Source of the DNA: Vicugna vicugna
Taxonomy: Eukaryota
Assembly: GCA_013265495.1 (NCBI GenBank)
Contig: MU058423.1
Span: forward strand, 3,487,061-3,551,060
DNA length: 64,000 nt
Direction: 5' to 3'
The notes below the pieces were generated by a model, which was not told the origin of the DNA, searched no databases, and worked only from the letters and a program-made list of their open reading frames with translations. The translations under genes were made by a program, and so were the position numbers. Every line of letters begins with the position of its first letter. Position 1 is the stretch's first letter. Below, piece after piece: positions 14,306 through 26,899 of the stretch.

Positions 14306-14465
14306 CAGAGCTTCTCAAACATTAACGTTTGACAGATTACCTGGGACTCTTGTGTCAGCGTGACTCTTACTTAGGAGGCCTGAGGGGGGCCTGAGATGTA
14401 TTCCTAACAAGCTCTCAAGTGATACTGATGCTGCTCATCTGCAACCACACTTATGTGTAACAAGG
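14306..14465. mobile_element. MER5-like hAT DNA element
   Basis: cagagcttctcaaac...ggggcctgagatgtattcctaacaagctctcaagtgatactgatgctgct. Confidence 0.7.
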
Positions 14466-14564
14466 CTTGAAGTTTATGTCCTTCATAAGCTTTTTTGATT
14501 TTCACAGTGATCTTTTGAGCTAAGAATTCTTATTCCACTTTACTCATGTTTAAGTCAGATATTA

Positions 14565-14990
14565 ATTAAAGTCATGTATTGAGGTATAATTTCCACAGAG
14601 TAAAATTAAACCTTTTTAGTGCATAGTGCTGTGCATTTTAACAAACTCATACAGTTGCAGAATCAAAACATAGAACACTTCCATCACCTCCAAAAGCTCC
14701 CTTGTGCTCTTATATAGTCAACATCCCCTTCTCCTCAGCCCTTGGTAACCACTGATCTGTTTTCTGTCTCTATAGTTTTGCCTTTTCCAGAATGTCATAT
14801 AATGTATTGTTGCATGCATCAGCAGTTCATTCCTTTTTATTGCTGAGTAGTATTCGATTATATGAATGCAACACAAGTTGCTTATCCATTCACCCATTTA
14901 AGAACATTTTGCTTATTTCTGGGTTTAGGCAATTATGAAGAAAACTGCTATAAGCATCCTGGTGCAAGTTTTTATGTGAACATAAGTTTT
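14565..14990 (-). mobile_element. Old L1M 3' fragment
   Basis: gaggtataattt...aacacttccatcacctccaaaag...aaccactgatctgttttctgtctctatagttttgccttttccagaatgtcat. Confidence 0.75.
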
Positions 14991-16379
14991 CTCAGTCAAA
15001 ATTTTGATAGGTAATTTCTCTATTTACTTTTTTAAAAAGGAAAGAAATGAAGAGGAGGAGAAAAAGAAGACAGAGGAAGAGGGGCAGCGGGGGGGGGGGA
15101 GGAGAAGAAAATAACACAAGTCTGAGACGACCATTTCAAGCAGCCTCTCTTCAAGTACAGAGTATCCACAATAGGGATTAAAAGAGGTTTTTAAGGACAG
15201 ATAGAAACTTTGACGACATTTGAAGGCCTTTCCAAAGGAAGAGACAAATTCTTAACAAAACTGGAAATTGGAAGTAAAATAAGCAAATAAATTGGTTTCA
15301 AGATGATTTTACTAAACAGCCAGTCCTCAGCTTACAAACTCTACATCTGCATATGTCTTAAATATATAAAACAGTAGGAAGGGAGGTAAATCCAAGGTCT
15401 GAGTTACTAGATTTTGTTGAAACTAGTCTTTGTTTAGTGATTTAGAAGATGTGGGGAGATCCGTACTTACAAGTACAGTGTTGTTTCTCCGCAGATGTTA
15501 GGGATACAGTGGTAGTTTCTATAAGCAGCTGTGGATGAACAGAGAATTATCACAGTGTCTCATCTGATTGGCACTTGAGATCACTAAGATCTTTCATACA
15601 CAGTACATGACCTGGCTGTTAGGAGGCGCATACTCCTACTCTTTTTACTGAGGAGAAGCTACCCAGGCAGGCTATGCCACATCTCCGAGTTTACCCTGCT
15701 GAAGGATTAGGACCTTGCCCGGTGTCTTCCCAGTCCAGTGGTCCTTCCCTTATCCCATGTGACACAGTAAGAAGTTCTGCCTTACCTGGGCAATAAACCC
15801 CAAGCCCTGTAACTGCATCCATCGTGAGAGGGAGGGGCCTGAGGCTTTTCTGATAAGTGCTGATGGCAGATGCGCCCGAAGATTTATCAAGGGCAGATCA
15901 CACTAAGCTGTAGAGCAAAGTAGCCCCTGTTTTTACCGCTGCCCCCCTGAACGAGCGTTGATCTTTTATGCAAAAACCCTTGCGTCTCCTCCCCGCCCCC
16001 ATCTCCGCCCGGGTTTACTGAGCTGTATAATTGACGTATAACACTGTATTAGTTTTAGGTGTTGCTTTTCGTTTTTTGAAGTGTTTTCAGATTTCACTCC
16101 TCTACTTCCTAAAGCTGAATTCCCATCCCAAGTGTGCAGCCACCCAAGTGTCTCATTTTCGTGAGTGGAAAACAGGCCTAGAGATGTGCGGTGTCTAGCG
16201 TGTAGGAGTTACACGAGAAAGTGAGATCCCTTTGAGGCAAGGCCCGACAAAGCTCAATTTCCAAGCAGAGAGAACACTCTCCGGGCAGTTAGCCAAGGCT
16301 CCAAGCCGGAAGGGAGAGGGGCTTGAAGTTAAGTAACCTGAGCTTCAAACTGCTCCTCCCCCTTCCCCCCCACACCCCC

Positions 16380-17150
16380 GACCCCTCCATACGCTGATGC
16401 GGGGCGAGGGGGTGGGGAGCTCGCTTCTCGTACCGCACTCCTGGTACGCGATAGCTCCACTTGGAGCCGAGCAGAACTCGCTCCCCAGGTCCCACAGTCC
16501 CTCCCGGGCCCCACCCCGAAGCCCTGCCACTTCCTGCCGGGCCCGGGCAGCGCCAGGCCCGTCCCCCGAGCCTCCCCAGGGGGCCGGCGCGGGGCGGGCT
16601 CCTCCCCCAGCAGCCGCGGGCGCGGCCACTCCCTGCGCGCCGAGCCGGCTCGGGTGGGTCTCGGCTCCTCAGCCTGCGCGCCGCGGGCCCCAGCAGCCAG
16701 GCCGGCGCCTCGCGCTGCTCCTCCTCGCGCCGGGCAGCCCTCGGCCCCCCGTGCCCTCCCGCGGCTGAGCCGCCCCGCGCCTCCGGGACCATGCTGCGCT
16801 GGCTGCGGGGCTTCGTGCTGCCCGCGGCTGCCTGCCAGGACGCCGAGCCGCCGACGCGCTACGAGACGCTCTTCCAGAGGCTGGACCGCAACGGGGATGG
16901 CGTGGTGGACATCCGCGAGCTGCAGGAGGGGCTCAAGAGCCTGGGCATCCCCCTGGGCCAGGACGCCGAGGAGGTGGGTCGCTGCGGGGCGTGGCCGGCG
17001 GGCCGGGGGCGCTGCGGGGTCTCTGGGCGCAGCCAGGACCGAGGGCGGAAGCGGGAACTGTGGCTTCCAGCGGGAGAATGGGTTCCGAAGCTCGGGAATG
17101 GGGACCGCGGCCCGGTACCCCGGAACGGATGCGCGTCAGGATCTGAGAGG
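16380..17150. promoter_or_regulatory. CpG island / main promoter of SLC25A24
   Basis: Very GC- and CpG-rich compared with the AT-rich flanks. GC box ggggcggg at 16591, ETS-type cacttcctg at 16528, no obvious TATA box. Confidence 0.9.
16791..16973 (+). CDS. SLC25A24: SLC25A24 exon 1 coding part (EF-hand 1, [12 protein letters not shown])
   Basis: gggaccATG at 16791; [61 protein letters not shown]; donor gag|gtgggt at 16974, phase 0. Confidence 0.97.
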
Positions 17151-19189
17151 TTACTGGTGTTTTTCCAGAAAAATTAGTGCCGTGAACACTCTGGCTCACT
17201 GTAACAATTTAAAATCCTGTAGCACGATAGTTTGGTCTGAAGGCATCCCAGGCCTTTTTACGCCTTTGCAAAAAAAAATTTAACCCCCCCTTTTTTTTGG
17301 CTCTCAATCTTTGCAAACATTTAATCAAGATTTTTAGCTCTCACACTTCAGTGGGCCCCAAGTTCTGTAAAAAGGCTCACGGTTTGTACCTCTTCGAAAT
17401 TACTTTGTTACACCCCGTAGTTTTGTCTGCTGTTTCAGAACTTCTTGGAAATCAGTCGTACCTTTCCCCCAACTTCCCGTTGAGGGGGAGAGGCGACATT
17501 CCATTGTTAAAGACACTGTTAATGCCGTAAGCACGTAAGTTGACCTGAAGGGTTGGCCTATCATCTCTGAGCAATTTCAGCTCCTCTGAGTCATTTTGTG
17601 CCTGAAGTTCAGCTCCTATCAGAAAGGTGGAGATATTTGGAACCTCTCCAACTCCAATGAAACGTGAGAGGACATTTCGGCATTCCTTATCCCAAGAGGG
17701 AAAGTGATTCAACTGTAAGAGCCAACAACTGTTTTATAGTAGTTATATTTTAAGCTACTCATTCAGTGTCTTTAGGAGTAACAGGTCTCTTCAGGTTACC
17801 ATTTTTTCTTGAGTCAGATTTAGTAATTTACAACTTTTAGGAAACTGCCCGTTTTGTCTAAGGCTTAAAATACTCATTCGCTTATGATTTTTAGAAAGTT
17901 CTGACACTCTGTAGTTATATTCTCTGTTTCATTCCTGATATTTCCTCCTCCCCCCGCCCTTCAATCTTCCCAAATCTTTTTTTTTTCTTACCAATCTTTT
18001 TCCCTCCTTCAGTCTTTATTTTATTCACACATTGAAAGAAGCAGCTTTTAGTACTTTTTGCTGATTGTCTCTGGTTTTGAAATGTTCTTCCATTCACTTT
18101 CCTTTACTTTCTTTGGATTTACTCATTTGCCCCTTTTCTAATTTCTTGAGTGAAATGCTTGTTTCATTAATTTTGAGCTGCAGTATCCCTTCAGCCACTT
18201 CTTTAGCTGCATGTTTGTAGTTTTGTTGTAGTTTAGTTACAATTATTTTCTAATTTCCAATATAATTTCACCTTTGATCAATGAATTGTTTAAATATGTG
18301 CTGTAAATTTCCAAATATATGCTTTTTTGGTTGGTTCTTTGACAATATGAATAAAATAGATGAACCTCTGGCAAGATTCATTAAGAAAGAGAGAAGAATT
18401 CAAAATCAAGAATGAAAGTCTTTAGTTTTCCAAAACTTATATAAGGACAAATTATAAAATAAGTTGTATTAAAGTGTGTGTCTGCAAACATATAGAACAG
18501 GATGGCATATATTTATCACATACATAATATATGTATTTTATACATATACATAAAATATATTTTATACATACATATATACACACATACTACTACTCTCTGT
18601 GCTCATGTCAGATATTATTAACTATTCCCAGCACTTTTTGGACAGGTACATTCTTCAATAAAAGGTTAATAATGGTTACCTAATTACCTTTTAACTTTTT
18701 TCTTCACAATTTTTGTATTTCAATTTTTAAAAATGATCATACATTATTATTTTTATGATTAGAAAAAAAATAGAGGCTTTTGTTGTTGTTGTTTTTGGAT
18801 AAATGTCACTTTCTCTGGGGTGAGCTTTTCTGGACCACCTATAGAAGACTTGATCACACGCTACTATGTGTAGGTCCTTTGTCTTACATATCACTACTGC
18901 TATAATTTCAAAAAGTATTATTTTTAATCGACTGTGCCCTCTACTGAGACCAAACATCTGGAGGATCATGTCTTAGAGATCTAAGCACAGTGACACAAAG
19001 ATTTAAGGCTGTGATTTGAAATATCCTAAACAAGGCAGTTGCTCACCTAAAATAATTGAAAAAAAATTAATTGTAAAGCAGTTGTTAGTGCTTTTATTTC
19101 CAACATATAGAGGAAAAGAAATCCAAAAATTCTCCTCTTGCAAGGTACCTAGAAATGCTGTATAAAATAAAATATATATATACACGACT

Positions 19190-19557
19190 GATTTTTTTTT
19201 TACAGCAGTTTTTGGTTTACAGCAAAACTGAGAGGAAGATACAGAGATTTCCCGTAAACCCTCTACTCCTAGACATCACATACACAGCCTCCCGCATTGT
19301 CAACATCACTCACCAGAATGGCACAGTTTTTACCAAGGGTGAACCTACACTGACACATCATTATTACTCTGAGTCTATGGTTTACCTTAGTGTTCACTCT
19401 AGGTGTTGTGTATTCCGTGGGTCTAGACGAATGTGTAATGGCATGCATCCATCATTATCATAGAGAGTATTTCTACTGCCCTAAAAATCGTCTGAGCTCT
19501 GCCTATTCACTTCCACCCCGCAACCACTGATCTTTCTGTTGTTTCCATAGTTTTGCC
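19190..19557 (-). mobile_element. Old L1M 3' end (same family as 25570-26370)
   Basis: gcagttttt...acagcaaaactgagaggaagatacagagatttccc motif. Confidence 0.75.
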
Positions 19558-19604
19558 AGATAGATAACTTTTTACATGCATAGTTGGGCTTATTAGAAAA
19601 TACG

Positions 19605-19815
19605 AAAAATCTAGTCAAACTACCTGGGTTTAAACCTTGGTTCTGCTACTTACTAGTTAATTTCGGGCAATTAAAAAATTTTTCTCTAGCTTCAGTTTCC
19701 TCGCCAGAGGTAACATTAGTACTTACCTCCTAGGGTTATTGTGAAGGATAAGTGAACTAAAATATGTAAAGTACTTAGAATAAGTACCTTATAAGCAATC
19801 AATTAACTGTTAGCC
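19605..19815 (+). mobile_element. MIR SINE
   Basis: MIR core: ctgggtttaaaccttggttctgctacttactag...cttcagtttcctc...acttacctcctagggttattgtgaagga. Confidence 0.75.
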
Positions 19816-20281
19816 TTTAAATTATCTAATCCTGTTCCGACAATCACTATTGAAAGAGCAGTGTCAGAATGCTCTTTGTGATTATAGATTTGTCAACTTC
19901 TCTTCATAATTCTGTCAACTTTTCCCTTTTATATTTAAAAAAATAGGCTACATAGTGGGCTGCACTACCGGCGTATTCAGATTCTGCGCTGTTGTATCTC
20001 CCTGGGGAGCTCCTCCTATTACTATACTTTCTTACCTATCCTTACAGCACGGACCCCCCACATTCCACACTGCTGGATACTGCAGCAGCCGGAGCGTTCT
20101 CTGCAAACCAGTCATTTTCCCAGGTCATCAGTGGGCAGCCGTCGATACTGGCCTCCCATCTTGTGCAGGGCATTGTCCTTGCCCCACGTTCCACTCAGGA
20201 CTCTGCCTGCTGGGCAGTGAGTGAGCCAGTTCCCAAACCCCATGTTCCCGCCTCTTGTCTTAGACCACTCTTGTTGTGAAC

Positions 20282-20715
20282 TGTGTCAGTTCTGTTCCTC
20301 TTAGGAGGAGAAACCAGGATGGGATTGGATGTGCAAGAGAACGGTACGGGAGAGGAAACAGGAGAGAGGCAAGGTGGTCTGAAGACCACAATGCAAGTTT
20401 AACCCCTGGTAGAAGAGTGCAAGGAAGAAGGAGACTTAGGAAGAACTTCAGACCAAAGCATATTCTTGGAAAGTCTCAGCTAGGCCAATGGGGACTCACT
20501 GAGGAAAGCTATCCATTAGGGGGGTCCTGCATGGGCCTCCCAGGCCTGGCACCCTGCTGTGCTAGACATTGGTTGGAGCAGTGTGACCAGCGTGGCCTTG
20601 GTGTGAGTGCTGCAGCGGGTCCAGAGGTCCAGAGGTGTGGCAGGTAGGCTGGCAGTCACCTCTGCCCCCACAGCACGTTCCCTTCTGGGGCTATGTGACG
20701 TGGCCTCCACCGGCC
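20282..20715 (-). mobile_element. ERV-L class LTR (LTR16/LTR33-like; family uncertain)
   Basis: Resembles ancient ERVL LTRs and directly adjoins ERV-L internal sequence. Confidence 0.55.
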
Positions 20716-21870
20716 ACTCCTTGGCTCACACAGGTCTGCTCTTGGCACAAGTTTGAGAAGTGCTTCCTCATTGTTCTCAGCCTCTCGTCCTCAGAGAGGG
20801 CAGTGCTCCAGTCCCATTGTTTCAGTTGGTCACAGCTGGTACTCATGATTTATTTCCCTTCTTGACTGTCCATTTTAAATTCTGCTCACACTCAGCTGGA
20901 ATCTCTGCAGGTCTTTGTGACTTAGCTGGTGGCGTGACCCAGACTTTCCTTCTGGCAGGATCTGAGTTTCTCAGGCCAGTGATGCTGCACGCGCCCCTTC
21001 CCAGTTAGAACTGGACAAGGGGGTACCAGGCAGCCCTGGTGTCCATGTGAATCATCTGAGTTCCATAAATATTCCTCTCTGTCTCTGTGGGGTAGAAGCA
21101 GCCCCGCCTCCTACTGACTGGGGCCAATTTACACCTACTAAGAAGAAGACTTCTTTTCTTGCTTGTTGGTCCCTCGACACGAGCTGGTCCAAAGGTGCAG
21201 GTGCAGATGTAGCTTGTAGCTCAGTGGGACCCTTGCTGTGTTCCCTGGCAAGAGTATATCCTGTCTGAGGACCAGAAACTAACCCTGCAGAGCCCAGAGC
21301 TGTGGGGGCAGAAAGCCGAGTCCCCCAGTGAGTCACCGGGAGTGACAGTAAGTGGGACTGCTCCTGCTTCTACCTCTTGGTTCCTTGACTCACTGTCCTT
21401 CCTTTTGTGGGCACAGAGCCACGTGGTAGAGGTCTCTGACTGAGCGCACGTACCGCATCCTGAAGGGCAGTAACCCATCTTTGCCAGATACTGTCCCGTA
21501 GGCGGTGCTTCAGCTGTGCTTTCAGTTGGCCTTTCCAGCATTCTGTGAGATTGGCTGCTTCTGGATGGTGTGCTGTGTGATGTGGGCCGTGGATCCCTTG
21601 GCCACGGGCCCACTCCCACACCTCTCCTACTGTGAAGGGATCCCCAGTCAGAGGCTGTGTTACGTGGGGATTTCATGCCTGTGAATTAGACATTCTGTAA
21701 GCCCCCAGATAGTATTGCTGTCTGAGCCTTTGTGGGCAGGAGGAAACCTTAACCTTCCTTTGAGGAAGAACCAGCGCCCCTTCCAGGACAGGGGGCACCC
21801 AGTATAACTGACTTTCCACCGAGGGACCAGTTAGTCTTCTTGGGGAATAGTGTCACATCAGGGCCAGGCA
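20716..21870 (-). mobile_element. ERV-L internal remnant: integrase core and dUTPase-like region, frameshifted
   Basis: Minus-strand peptides WARGQGIHGPHHTAHHPEAANLTECWKGQLKAQL...LQDAVRALSQRP (integrase), then VPLTVTPGDSL / PTALGSAGL / QQARKEVFFLVGV (ERV-L dUTPase-like). Confidence 0.8.
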
Positions 21871-24800
21871 AGGCCAACTCATGAAAGGCACTGTGGGCCT
21901 GCTGGGTGGTTTGGAGTTTTATTATATGAGTGATGGGAGCACTTGGGAGGTTTTAAGCAAGAGGGATCACAGGCAGACTTACGGTTTAGGAAGATGACTC
22001 TGGTGGCCGTGCAGAAAACAGATGGAGGTAGAGAGAGTGTTGAGTCAAGCCTGGGAAACAGTAGCCAGCCAAATACTTGCAGTTAGGATTACGTGGTCAG
22101 TCTTTATGGGGGAAGGTTTCAGAGGCATAGGTCAAGGCTTTGCATAATGTCAGTGATTGGTGAGATTATCCACTTGAGAATCCAGAAATGAGAACTACGG
22201 GGTGACTCTTCAAGGGGAAGATTTCAAGATAATTTGAATCTAAAACAAGTGCTCAATTTGAAGTGAAATCTCTATAAATTTCCATCTGACTCGATCTCTT
22301 CTCCGTGTTGCCAGGCATTTGTAATGAATTCAGCATTAGAGGAAAGCAAATTTCTATTGAAGTTCCTTGAGGTTTTAGATGGAAAGAATATGGAATATAA
22401 GAGTAGAATGTAGGAAACTGGCATAAGGAATATAATAGCAAAGGAATGCAGTAACTAACCACTTCTAAGTGTTTCAGCATTATCCAGGGAAGGGAGAGGC
22501 CTCAAGGCAAGTCCTGAGACAAGATTGAGAACTTGCTGGAAGTGAACTTGCTGTGGTTTCTTCTGATGTGAATGACCTCTCTTTTCCACGTATTTTCAAA
22601 TCTCCATTGTGAAATTAGTGTTTTAGAAGAGACAAAATTCACATTAAGCTCTCCTAGGACTCGGGAATGTGACAATATGGAACTAAGAGGCGAAGGTACT
22701 GTGGCGAACAAGGAGATACAGTTGTCATTACTAATTTTCCCTGAAGAATCCAGCAATCCTATCTGCTTTTTAGAGTATTTTCCATTTTTACTCCTCCTTT
22801 GCCACTGCCACCCTCCTCCTCTTCTTTGTTTTTCATCAAAGGCCACATTGGAACATTGGAAAAGACAGTCCCAATGTTTGGATGTCATTTGAGGTACTCT
22901 GTGGGAAAAAATTTCAGGGCATCAAAAAGTAAAAGAAATCATCTGTATTTTAATTTACTGAAATGAAAATCAGAAAGATAAACATGGTGAAGAGTCACTA
23001 CTTTTAGCTGGAAGTGTGCTTATTTTCATTCAGTTTAGGCTTGGAAGACTTCGGAATAGTATAGGACCAAAATAAAAATCAGGATTTAGAATTAAGGCAA
23101 TGAAATGGAAAAGAGGATCTTGATCAACAGGATTTTACAGATTTTTTTTTATTCCTTCTCAAATCTTGGCATCATTTTAGTGGCAACTCTTGTATTAACA
23201 AGTGGAGGAAAAAGGGGGACAGACTGTATAGCAATGAAGGTATCCTGCATCCAAGCTCACAGTTAACTGATTTAATAGATGTGTTCAGTTAGTCTGGGAA
23301 ATCATAGGCAATTTAAAATCTAAATTGTTTGCCATATATTCACAGGCACAAACTCTTCCTGTAATTTTCTTAGGAGAGACTTAGAATCATAAGAGGCATA
23401 GGACTCTACAGCTGAGAGGATTAAGAACGAGAAGAGCTCCCAATAGCAGGAAGGGAAGCAGCACATTCAAAGAATTCTGTACTTGGTGTGAATTGACCAC
23501 GTGACCTCGGTCAAGATGTTTAACCCCTTGCTTTACTTTACTTAGTCTCACAATGCAAATATCATCCCCACCTCCTGGACAGAGCTTTTATCAAAATCAC
23601 ATGTGACCGGATGTGAAAGTTCATGTTCAGAATGTTTAAAATGTGTTATCACATGTACTGGATGGTGAGCTCCTTGAAGACCCTGTGTCCCCCTGGGTAT
23701 CAAGTGTATGATGAAGGATTAGATAGTGTCCGAGGAGTAGGTGGACTCGATAACCTGATTTAAGGGCTCTCCTAACTCTTATATTCTATGAATTTTTTTT
23801 GATTCTGTGTCTTTAAATTTTGTATTTACAACTACAGATAGAATAAGGTCACACACAAAAACAGTAGCTTAGCAAATGTTTATTGCTTTGAATGGAATTT
23901 CTTTTCAGGGTTTCTATCCATGAGATAATTCCTCTGTTAATGAGGAGAATTGATTCCATCAGCATTTCAGTTGTCAGAAACTTTATTACTAAAAGAAGTA
24001 TGGTGTAAAAGTCATAGAGATTCATTTTAAGGCATTGTAACAGAGAGATTATGGTATAAGAAAAACAGTAGAATTCCAACTGCATTTATGTCAAGTGTTT
24101 TAAAATATATAACACCTGAACCTTTTGTGTTTTCTCCTCACTTATATTCTAAAATCCAATGTTATCCTTTCTTTGAGACTGTATTTCTGAACAAATGAAA
24201 AGAAAAAGAAAAAGAAAGAATTCCTTACTAAGGCACAAAACACCCTTTCCATCTTGGTAGCAGTCTGCCTTTTAGTTTCCTTCCCAACCTGCCAACATTC
24301 TACACCCCTGACCAGGCCACAGCCACGTACATTTCTCCCTTTATTTCCTTCTCTCTGCTTGGCATTGCTGTCACTCATTGTCTGCGTGGTAGATTATTAC
24401 CCTTGGTTTAAGGCATCAACTCACATTTATGATTTTACCTTGGCTTAGTCAGAATTATTTCCTGTATCAACTTTCAGTGAAGACATTTGGAAATAAATAG
24501 CTTCCTCAAGATAACATGTTGTGCGTGTGTTGCTCAGCTTCTTTTGACTACTCTGAGTTCAAAATCTTATCTTATTAAGGGTTACATAGAGGCCACTGAG
24601 ATGTCTATATTTTACAGCATCTATGAAAATAGCAAAAGGGTTTGTTGAGAAAGTTTGACGCCTCACTCTGAAATGTGGACCACTGTGTCTACTATGTTAA
24701 CTGGTGTAGTATGTGTAGTGGTTATTATGGCCTGTGAAATCAGTTAGACCAAGGTTCAAGTGTTTTCACCATTTATTATACTTGTAACCTTGGGTAAGCC

Positions 24801-25569
24801 ATTTAATCCCTGGAAGCCTCAAATGTAAACTAGGAATGATAAGAGCTACCCAATAGCTAGTACAAATATTAAATTTATTCAGTTGATTCTTTGGAATAGT
24901 GCCAGCCATTGTTCAGTGAACTGGGGGTATCGTGGTGAGCAAGGCAGACAGAGCCCTTCACCTGTGTTCTCAAAACTTTCCCTGTAGGAGGTCTGTGTGT
25001 GTTGGATGGGTGGATGAGGGATAATTAATAAGCAAATAATACACAGTTTTGAAAAGTGGAAAGAGCTACTCAATGAAAATAATTGCCTTTTTACTAGATG
25101 AGATGATCAGCTCTGTTTTGCTCCCTCCTACCAGTTCCATAAAAGGCTGTCAGTCTGTTTTCTTTATTCAGAAGTCTGGCCTGACTTCTGTCTTTTTCAC
25201 TTGGTCCTGTAGACTCCTGGGCCTGCCCCGATGTCTGTGCTCCATGACTCTCTGTGACCACTCGCATTCTCTGCAGCGCCCAGGGAAGGGTCATTCCCTG
25301 CGGGCCGTAAAGTTCTCTTTTGTGGGAGAATTCATTGTTGCTTGGGCCGGCAGCACTGGGGAGCCATGTTCGTCACGAAGCCTCCAGTAGTACTTGGGGC
25401 TGATCATGGCACAACCTCCTCCTGGCAAACCCACGGGTAGTTCAAGGACATGTGATGGTCCTCTTTGTGTTGTCGGTACGTGACATGATGAGTGAATAGA
25501 GCAAAAGCTGACAGATAAGGTTTCATTAGATTTCTTTCTTTCTTTTTTTTTTTACAAATTAGAAAGAAA

Positions 25570-26370
25570 ATTTATTTTTTGGAGCAGTTTTAGGTTCACA
25601 GCAAAATTAAGAGGAAGCTACAGAGATTTCCCATGTTCCGCCTCCCCCCACCCATGCACGGCCTCGCCCATAATCAACATCTGGCACCGAGTGGTATGTT
25701 TGTTACAAGTGATGAACCTGCACTGACATATCACCCAAGTCCATAGTTTACCTTAGGGTTCACTCTTGGTGTTTTATATTCTGTGGGTTTGGGTAGTTGT
25801 ATAGTGACATGTACCCCTTTTTATAGTATCGTGCAAGGTATTTTCACAGTCCTAAAAGTCCCCTGTGCTCTGCCTATTCATCCTTCCACCCATTTCTCCA
25901 ACCCTGTGGCAACCACTGATCTTTTTTATTGTTTCTATAGTTTTGCCTTTTCTAGAATGTGATATATTTTGAATCACACAGTATGTAATCTTTTCAGATT
26001 GGTTTCTTTCACTTAGTAATATGCATTAAGATTTCTCCCTGTCTTTTCATGGCTTGATGGCTCATTTCTTCTTAGCACAGAATAATGTTTCATTGTCTGG
26101 ATGGACCACAGTTTATTTACCCGTTCACCTATTGAAGGGCATCTTGGTTGCTTCCAATTTTGGTAACTGTGAATAAAGCTGCTACAAACATTTTGTGTGT
26201 GGGTTTTCACATGGACATACATTTTCAACACCTTTGTATAGATACTAAGGAGTGGGATTGCTGGGTTATATGCTGAAAGTGTGTTCAGTTTTGTAAGAAA
26301 CTGCCCAGCTGTCTTTCAAAGGGTACCATTTTGCATTCCCACCAGCAATGAGAATTCTTGTTACTTCATA
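25570..26370 (-). mobile_element. Old L1M 3' end
   Basis: L1 3' UTR plus ORF2 end (WKQPRCPSIGERVNKLW on the minus strand). Confidence 0.85.
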
Positions 26371-26899
26371 TGAATTTTAAAGAATACTCCATATTTAGAA
26401 AAATAAATCATGTAAAAAGTGGAATTTGTACTGTGAAACTACACATCCACACTTCTGGCGGAGCGGGATGAGGGTCCAGGGGTGTGTGTAGGGAAGCCAG
26501 AGCTCTCGGTGGTTCTGGAAAGAGGCAATTAAGAAGCCACAGACTCGTTGTTTGCGAGCACCTCCTGACTTCTCTCAGGACCCCAGCTGACTCGCCTTCT
26601 GCCCACTGCCAGCATCGATAAGGACGGAGCTGGACCCTCTCCATTACAGCAGCCTTGCTCTGCAGCCACCGCAGATGCTCAGTGAAGATAAGGAACTGAG
26701 GGGAGGGGACCACAGAAGGAAAGGCCCACTTAGGCAGATCTTCATGCGATTCCCAACCTTCACGGCAGTGCCCAAGTGCCTCAACCTTAGAATTCTTAGA
26801 AAGGTGCGACCAAACAACTTAAACAAAAAGTTGGGCCTCTGCCACTAGTCGTTATGACCCCACAGTCCCTGTCTCAACGCTCCCCTACCCTCTTTTCTC

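Noticed and set aside
1..16300. Searched for exons of the tandem paralog SCaMC-1-like (Slc25a54), which neighbours Slc25a24 in rodents
   Set aside because: No carrier or EF-hand peptide recognised by eye. A TBLASTN search would be needed to exclude highly decayed remnants.
16289..17283. Several long overlapping ORFs (94-238 aa) on both strands around exon 1
   Set aside because: Low-complexity Pro/Ala/Gly/Arg translations typical of stop-poor CpG islands. The 238-aa ORF is just the exon 1 frame extended to a TTG and into the intron.
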